A DNA stretch of 52,744 nt from positions 2,140 through 54,883 of the forward strand of contig CAYJOV010000003.1 of NCBI GenBank assembly GCA_964371905.1, given 5' to 3'. The stretch is from an uncultured Akkermansia sp. Lineage in GTDB: Bacteria; Verrucomicrobiota; Verrucomicrobiia; Verrucomicrobiales; Akkermansiaceae. Numbering within the stretch: position 1 is the first letter of the stretch; each line of letters starts with the position of its first letter. Below, in pieces: positions 46,974 through 52,744 of the stretch. A model generated the notes under the pieces. The model worked only from the letters and a program-made list of their open reading frames with translations. It was not told where the DNA came from and did no database searches. Both the position numbers and the translations under genes were made by a program.

Positions 46974-48518
46974 CTACTTCACTGGGCGTGCGATGAGTTG
47001 CTGCTGCCCTTCCTTCATCTTCTGGAGCTGCTGGGGCTGCTCCTCCGCGAGGTTCTGCGTCTCGCCTGGGTCTGCCACGAGATCATAGAGCTGATCCTTG
47101 GGGTTATTGCCCAGCTCGATACGCGTCGAGCGATTGTAGGCTGCTGCACGATTCGCAGGGATGTACTTCCAGCGTCCTGAGAGGTAGATGCGCGAGCCAG
47201 CTGTGTTCTGCTTGATGATACCCGTGCTGCCTCCCGTCAAGTCCGTGCCGAGCAGAGTTTTGAGCTCATTGCGGCTATCGAGTGGCTTGCCCGCTGGGAG
47301 AGGAGCCTTCATCAGGGCACTCAGGCTCGCCATCAGATCAATCTGGCTCATCAGCGCGTGGCTTTTCTGCCCCATGGGCACGGTGCTCGTCCAGCGCACA
47401 AGCATGGGCACACGCCCGCCCGCCTCAAAGGCGCTGTACTTGCCGCCACGGTACTTGCCTGCGGGGCGGTGGTTCCCCAGCTTTTCGACGGCCTCGTCGT
47501 GATAGCCGTCGTCGAGCACAGGACCATTGTCACTGGAGAGGATCACGAGCGTATCTTGTGCGACTCCCGCCGCCTCAAGGGCGTCTAAGATAGCGCCTAC
47601 TTGAAAATCAAATTGCAAGATAGCATCGCCTCGCGCTCCCATGCCACTCTTGCCGACGAATCGCGCATGCGGGATGCGCGGCACATGGATGTCATGCGTG
47701 CCGACGTAGAGGAAAAAGGGCTTATCCTTATTCTTGAGGATGTAGTCGCGCGCCTGCTCAGCGATGACATCGGCGAAGTCCTCGTCCACCCAGAGAGCCT
47801 TGCCGCCCCCCTTCATGTAGCCGATGCGCGAGATGCCATTGATGATGGCCTGATCATGACCATGTGAGGGGTGTACCTTGAGTAGCTCGGGGTTCTTCCT
47901 TCCCGTGGGCTCTCCTGCAAAGGGCTTTTTGTAGCTCACCGAGATGGGGGCGGTGGGGTCGTAGTTCGCCACACGTCCATTTTCTATAAACACGCAGGGT
48001 ACGCGATCCCCTGTCGCCGCCATGATGTAGGAGTGGTCAAAGCCGATGTCAGCTAGATTCGGAGTGATGTGTCCATTCCAATCTTGCTTGGCCGTCTCGC
48101 CTATGCCGAGATGCCACTTGCCTATGGCGCCTGTGTGGTAGCCCGCCTTTTTAGCCGCGTCGGCGAGGGTGTAGCGCTCGGGACGGATGACCATGCCCGC
48201 GTCCCCCGCCGCGATGCGCGTCCCTGCCTGCCTCCACGGATGCACCCCCGTGAGGAGGCCAAAGCGCGATGGCGTGGAGGTCGAGGCGACAGTATGCGCG
48301 TTCATCATCTGCACGCCCTGCTGGGCGAGGCTATCGCTGCGCGGGGTGGGCACGAGCCCCCCGTAGCAGCTCAGATCTCCATAGCCGAGATCATCCGCGT
48401 AGATGAGGACGATATTGGGCAGTCGCGGTGTGCTCTCCCCCTGCGCCGCGGGCGCAGAGGGGAGGAGGCAGCCAGAGGCGACAAGGAGGCTGGAGAGGCT
48501 CCGTGGTATCTTGGTCAT
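46974..48518 (-). CDS. Arylsulfatase (S1 family, Ser-type)
   Basis: PNIVLIYADDLGYGD, STPSR, LLTG, GKWHLG, SSDNG, GGKY, LYDL..DPGE. Confidence 0.93.
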   Translation of the reverse strand: MTKIPRSLSSLLVASGCLLPSAPAAQGESTPRLPNIVLIYADDLGYGDLSCYGGLVPTPRSDSLAQQGVQMMNAHTVASTSTPSRFGLLTGVHPWRQAGTRIAAGDAGMVIRPERYTLADAAKKAGYHTGAIGKWHLGIGETAKQDWNGHITPNLADIGFDHSYIMAATGDRVPCVFIENGRVANYDPTAPISVSYKKPFAGEPTGRKNPELLKVHPSHGHDQAIINGISRIGYMKGGGKALWVDEDFADVIAEQARDYILKNKDKPFFLYVGTHDIHVPRIPHARFVGKSGMGARGDAILQFDFQVGAILDALEAAGVAQDTLVILSSDNGPVLDDGYHDEAVEKLGNHRPAGKYRGGKYSAFEAGGRVPMLVRWTSTVPMGQKSHALMSQIDLMASLSALMKAPLPAGKPLDSRNELKTLLGTDLTGGSTGIIKQNTAGSRIYLSGRWKYIPANRAAAYNRSTRIELGNNPKDQLYDLVADPGETQNLAEEQPQQLQKMKEGQQQLIARPVK

Positions 48519-48543
48519 GGCGTTGATGCGCGTTGATACGCGA

Positions 48544-50322
48544 TTAGAGCTTATTCCATGTAGGGGTGAATCCCCTGCTCTTCGTGCCCACGGAGGGGCT
48601 GTTCTCGGGGACTTGGAGATGGCGACGCTTTGCCCAGTACTGCTTGATGAGCCTATCGGCTACCTTTGCGTAGGCGGGGTCGTTGATGAGATTGCGCATC
48701 TGATGGGGGTCTTTCTCATTGTCGATGAGCAGCCATTCATTCTCCTTCTTGCGTGCATTCGCCTTCTCACCGGGCATGAGCGTCCAGATGTGGGCGAGGG
48801 TGTAGCGGGAGTCGCGTATCGCGTCGTGGCAGGGAGCATTGTGCTCACCCGGTTGCTCAAAGAAGGCGTAGTAGAGGGCGCGCTTGTCGAAGGAGCCCGC
48901 CTTGCCATTCTTAAAGAGCGGCAGCAAGGAGCGTCCGTCAAAGGTCGCCATATTCTTCTTGCTATCCGCCCCTGCGATGCTGACGAAGGTAGGAGCATAG
49001 TCAATATTCTGCACCAGTGCCTTGGAGCGCGTCCCCGCAGCGACCTTCCCAGGCCAGCGGATGATGAGAGGCATGCGGAAGCTCTCCTCTAGAGCCAGTC
49101 TCTTGTCATAGAGACCATGCTCGCCGAGATAGAAGCTCTGATCGCCCACGTACATCACCAGCGTGTTGCTCGCCAGTCCCGACTCATCGAGGTAGTCGAG
49201 GACCTCGCCTACAGACTCATCCATGCCCATCACACAGGCGAGATAGTCCTCCATATACCAGCGCCAACGCTGCGTGGTCATATCCTCGCGTGTCTTGATC
49301 TTGCCAGCCTGCACCGCCTTGACGAACTCTTGCGTGCGCTCGCTGTAAAAGCGGTGGTAGGTCTCGTACTGATCTGCGGGCACGAGTCCGCGTAGATGGA
49401 AGCCCAGCTCGAGCTTGGCTGCGTACTTGGGGACATGCTTTTCCCAGTTAAAATTGGCGGGCACCTTGCCCTTGAGATGCCCCTTATTGACCAGTTGGCG
49501 CAGGCGAGGCTTGGTGACGATGTCCTTCATGACATCAAAGGGGATCTGCTCCTTGAGCAGGTGGGCGTCATGCCAGTTGCAGAAGAACTCTGCGAGATTC
49601 TGCTCATTGCGGGTGAAAAATCCTGGTCTATTCTTCCAGTTGTCATGGAGGGTCTTAGGCGGCTTGAGGCCTGCGACGATCTTGCGGATCACCTTGAGAT
49701 GGCGTGGTGCTGGAATCCAGTTGCGATGCGGCGCCTTGTGGCCGAGGTAGAGCGCGAAGGGCTTTTTCTTGTCACGTGCCTTGAGCCATGCAATGGCCTT
49801 GTCGGCGAGCATATCGGAGACATAGCCCGGCTCTTTGTACTGCATGCGCTGCCCCTTCGCGTCGAGCTTGATCATGCCGCTGTTCCAGTAATCGCCTTGA
49901 TCGGGGAACATCTCCCAGCTATCAAAGCCGCGCGGATTGGACTTGAGATGCCACTTCCCAATGAGCCCTGTCTGATAGCCTGCCTCTTGCAGCATCTGAG
50001 GCCAAGTGGGCTGGTTGGGGTTAAAAGCGTCGCCTCCGTAGTTGTACAGAAATCCATTCTTATGCGAATGCCTCCCCGTCATGATACTCGCACGCGACGG
50101 ACCGCTAATCGAGTTCGTGCAATAGGAGCGGTCAAAGACCATCCCTTCATTAGCGAGTCTGCGCAGGGCGGGTAAGGGGGCGAGGGTGTCCTGCGCATTT
50201 GTCCCTAAGGCGGCGTGGGAATGATCATCAGAGATGATAAAAAGGATGTTGGGTTGTTTTTGCTGGGCATTCACTCCCAGTGCTGACAAAGATAGCATGC
50301 TGCTAAATAAGATCCTGTGCAT
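48544..50322 (-). CDS. Sulfatase (S1 family, Ser-type; GlcNAc-6-sulfatase/mucin-desulfating-like)
   Basis: PNILFIISDDH, SISGPSRASIMTGRHSH, GKWHL, HKAPHRNW, LGEHGLYDKR, NIDYAPT. Confidence 0.9.
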   Translation of the reverse strand: MHRILFSSMLSLSALGVNAQQKQPNILFIISDDHSHAALGTNAQDTLAPLPALRRLANEGMVFDRSYCTNSISGPSRASIMTGRHSHKNGFLYNYGGDAFNPNQPTWPQMLQEAGYQTGLIGKWHLKSNPRGFDSWEMFPDQGDYWNSGMIKLDAKGQRMQYKEPGYVSDMLADKAIAWLKARDKKKPFALYLGHKAPHRNWIPAPRHLKVIRKIVAGLKPPKTLHDNWKNRPGFFTRNEQNLAEFFCNWHDAHLLKEQIPFDVMKDIVTKPRLRQLVNKGHLKGKVPANFNWEKHVPKYAAKLELGFHLRGLVPADQYETYHRFYSERTQEFVKAVQAGKIKTREDMTTQRWRWYMEDYLACVMGMDESVGEVLDYLDESGLASNTLVMYVGDQSFYLGEHGLYDKRLALEESFRMPLIIRWPGKVAAGTRSKALVQNIDYAPTFVSIAGADSKKNMATFDGRSLLPLFKNGKAGSFDKRALYYAFFEQPGEHNAPCHDAIRDSRYTLAHIWTLMPGEKANARKKENEWLLIDNEKDPHQMRNLINDPAYAKVADRLIKQYWAKRRHLQVPENSPSVGTKSRGFTPTWNKL

Positions 50323-50328
50323 CAATGT

Positions 50329-50357
50329 AGCCTAGCAAATTTCTGCCACCCTGTCAA
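50329..50357 (-). promoter_or_regulatory. sigma70 promoter (probably leaderless) of the sulfatase pair
   Basis: TTGACA-17 nt-TAGGCT-6 nt-ATG. Confidence 0.65.
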
Positions 50358-50630
50358 TCTCAAAGTATAGCCCAGCTCGGCTGTCAGTTACGAGCTAGGT
50401 GAGAAGAAGGAAGCATGAGCTGCGCGGGGGAGGTGTATGTATAACAGTTGCGCTATCCTTCGTTTTTTCCAGATAAATCTTCTTGCGAAAAGTGCTCAGA
50501 AAGGGTATCCTTGCTTTGTCAGCGCTGAGGAGAAATTTTTATATGCTCTAAATTTAACATCAAAGGACATCTTAGCATAATATTTACAGTTAAAGTGTAA
50601 TAATTTTTATTATTCTCAAAATTACCTTAC

Positions 50631-51761
50631 ATGAAAATTCTTCATCTCCTGCCAAGCCTTAGCTCTGGTGGTGTAGAACAAGTAGTCTTAGAACTCTGTG
50701 AGTCACTTCCAGAACATGGCATCCAATGCCATGTCATATCTGCTGGTGGAGGAATGGTAAAGAATATACTGGCGACAGGGGCGACCCATATCAGTCGCCC
50801 TATCGGTCGCAAATGCCTGACTATAGGCTTTGAAATTCTATGGTTGAAGCGTCATTTGCTCGCGCACCCTGTGGATATCGTCCACGTCCATTCGCGTGTA
50901 CCCGCCTGGGTCACGCAATGCGCGCTCAAGCTCATGCCCAAGAAGTTGCGTCCCAAAGTCGTGAGCACCTTCCATGGGACCTACTCAGTCAATCCCTATT
51001 CCGAGGTCATGACACGAGGCGATAGACTCATTGCTGTCTCCAACTATGCAAAGGAATACATCCTCAGACATTTTCCCTCAACGTCCGTTGATAAAATAAG
51101 CGTCATTCACAACTCGGTCGATGCAGTGCACTACAATCCGAGCTATAAGCCCTCAGCAGAATGGCTCAGCAAGTGGAGGGTGGATTACCCCGAGTTTGAA
51201 GGGAAGTTCTTACTCTGTCTCCCAGCTCGCGTCACGCGTCTCAAGGGGCTAGAGCACCTCGTCCCCCTCGTTAAGAATCTACTCGAGAGAGGGATACCTG
51301 TACATGCGCTCATCGTTGGCGAATGCAGCAAGAAGAAAGAACGCTTCAAACGCGAAATAGAAAAGAAAATTCGAGCCGCTGGCATCTGCAGCGCGATCAC
51401 ATGGATGGGACTGCGTCGTGACCTACGCGACATCTCATGTGTCTGCGATGTTACCATCTCACTCACCCTACGCCCCGAGACCTTCGGAAAGACAACATTG
51501 GAAGCCCTCTCTCTCGGGCGTCCCGTGATTGGCTATGAGCATGGTGGTGTGGGAGAGCAGTTGCGCTATTTTCTCCCCGAAGGCTGTAGCCCCACGGGTG
51601 ATCCGCTGGCTATGGCGGAGAAGCTTGCGCTCTGGTATCATTCGCTCCCCACTCCTATCCTAGAGCTCCCTGCTCCCTTCCAGCATGACAGGATGATTGA
51701 AGCGCATGTTGAGGTGTATAAGGACTGCCTGCGCCCATTGCAGCCTTCCGTCATGGCATAA
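50631..51761 (+). CDS. GT4 glycosyltransferase (cell-envelope type)
   Basis: SGGVEQ, VHVHSRVPAW, STFHG, ARVTRLKG, PETFGKTTLEALSLGRPVIG. Confidence 0.9.
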   Translation: MKILHLLPSLSSGGVEQVVLELCESLPEHGIQCHVISAGGGMVKNILATGATHISRPIGRKCLTIGFEILWLKRHLLAHPVDIVHVHSRVPAWVTQCALKLMPKKLRPKVVSTFHGTYSVNPYSEVMTRGDRLIAVSNYAKEYILRHFPSTSVDKISVIHNSVDAVHYNPSYKPSAEWLSKWRVDYPEFEGKFLLCLPARVTRLKGLEHLVPLVKNLLERGIPVHALIVGECSKKKERFKREIEKKIRAAGICSAITWMGLRRDLRDISCVCDVTISLTLRPETFGKTTLEALSLGRPVIGYEHGGVGEQLRYFLPEGCSPTGDPLAMAEKLALWYHSLPTPILELPAPFQHDRMIEAHVEVYKDCLRPLQPSVMA

Positions 51762-51766
51762 AAAAA

Positions 51767-51787
51767 CCGCCGTTGTAAAAACGGCGG
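51767..51787. terminator. Terminator between GT4 and HU paralog 3
   Basis: CCGCCGTT-5 nt-AACGGCGG preceded by an A tract. Confidence 0.7.
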
Positions 51788-51803
51788 CTTGAAAAGATTG
51801 ATT

Positions 51804-52115
51804 TTAAGCTTCGGGCTTGAGCTGATGAACTGCCTCCTTGAGCTCTTTCCCCGCGGTGAACTTAACGCGGCAGCGAGCAGGGATGATAACATCCTTTTCA
51901 GGAGAGCGTGGATTGCGTCCTACTTTTTCCTTGACGGTCTGGACTTCGAATTTTCCGAATTTACGGAAAATAACAGAATTTCCCTCGGTAAGGGAGTCAG
52001 CAATGATGTCAATCGTTGCAAGAAGTGCATTGAATGCTGTTGCCTGGCTGAGACCAGTCTTTTCAGCAATCATGCTTGCTACTTCCTTCTTAGTAATTAC
52101 TTTGGAGCGTGCCAT
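51804..52115 (-). CDS. HU/IHF family DNA-binding protein (paralog 3)
   Basis: ITKKEVA, VIFRKFGKFE, VGRNPRSP..VIIPAR.RVKFTAGKELK. Confidence 0.92.
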   Translation of the reverse strand: MARSKVITKKEVASMIAEKTGLSQATAFNALLATIDIIADSLTEGNSVIFRKFGKFEVQTVKEKVGRNPRSPEKDVIIPARCRVKFTAGKELKEAVHQLKPEA

Positions 52116-52353
52116 GGCGATATAAATACCAAAAAATAATCATCTAGGCAAGATATTTTTTACTATAAATGATTTAGAGGTCTATTTGTAACACGTGTAA
52201 TTATCTCGAAAAAGAGAGTGTATCGAGTAATCCGATTGCTGTAATGGAGTTAAGAAAAATAGTAGAGAGTAGTGATAGATGAAAATATTATTAGTTGATA
52301 ACTCATTTATTTTGAGTCATCAGGATTGATGGTGATCATTTTTACTCACGTCT

Positions 52354-52419
52354 TTATTTGTATGAAGATAGGTATATTGAAATGTATACAATGAATATAA
52401 GATAAATTAATAATGACAT
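52354..52419 (-). CDS. Putative 21-aa hydrophobic peptide
   Basis: MSLLIYLIFIVYISIYLSSYK* preceded by TAAGGAGGAG at a 6-nt spacer. Confidence 0.35.
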   Translation of the reverse strand: MSLLIYLIFIVYISIYLSSYK

Positions 52420-52692
52420 CGAGAACTCCTCCTTAATCCATCCGTCTAGGAGATAGGATGATAGGGCCTTATTTCGCGAAATTGTGGAGCATTGCATCGC
52501 GAGAAGTGATCGAGAATGACGCAAGTTGCAGCATGGAGAATGAAAAAAAAGAAGAACAGCTTTGTGCGAATCGCAGAGTCCGTAGCACGTGCCAGAAAAA
52601 AATCCACTGATATGATCAAGCGTTGTCAAATGACTGGGTATCCTAGCAGTCTGTTAGCAAGAGTAAATAGGTGATCAAGATCAGCTCAACAG

Positions 52693-52744
52693 AGCGGGTG
52701 ATGGGATTCGAACCCACGACATCAACCTTGGCAAGGTTGCGCTC
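52693..52744 (-). tRNA. tRNA-Gly(GCC), 5' end outside window
   Basis: Reverse complement GAGCGCAACCTTGCCAAGGTTGATGTCGTGGGTTCGAATCCCATCACCCGCT. Confidence 0.93.

Noticed and set aside
17569..46976. Genome-wide reassignment of TAG to a sense codon (genetic code 15-like)
   Set aside because: TAG ends several genes at the expected C-terminus, often right before terminators (17571, 23529, 45296, 46974), so complete reassignment is unlikely.
52354..52629. 91-aa ORF downstream of tRNA-Gly
   Set aside because: No motif or plausible start; only the last 21 codons have a ribosome-binding site.
52120..52692. Prophage or integrative element at tRNA-Gly
   Set aside because: No integrase, att duplication or phage genes on this side of the tRNA.

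Overview
A GC-rich bacterial chromosomal segment, most likely Verrucomicrobiota and Akkermansia-like. This is inferred from a PEP-CTERM protein, a Verru_Chthon-A-like protein, a DUF1549/1553-DUF1501 cluster, RNase HIII and Ser-type sulfatases. Most of it is housekeeping: two U32-family genes, oppABC, galM, rplI, ruvA, three HU paralogs, an rlmB-like methyltransferase, dusB, rpoD, mfd, pdxA, rnhC, tRNA-Tyr and a partial tRNA-Gly. Accessory units are an arsR/arsE-arsF fusion/arsG/arsP operon, a PVC-type DUF1549/DUF1553 + DUF1501 + PPC-domain operon, a GT4-GH57 pair, two sulfatases and several ORFans. Highlights: (1) two large envelope genes are each broken by one in-frame TAG sitting in the same 8-mer context; (2) a ~190-bp palindromic repeat with terminal inverted repeats and compensatory arm changes follows the stop codons of rpoD and rnhC, with a decayed third copy; (3) RpoD carries two tandem region-1.1 domains; (4) the ArsE-ArsF fusion has a 12-Cys metallothionein-like linker; (5) the GH57 protein lacks its catalytic nucleophile; (6) a 21-aa hydrophobic peptide with a strong SD lies next to tRNA-Gly and resembles a type I toxin. 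All family assignments come from motif recognition by eye; no database searches were run.
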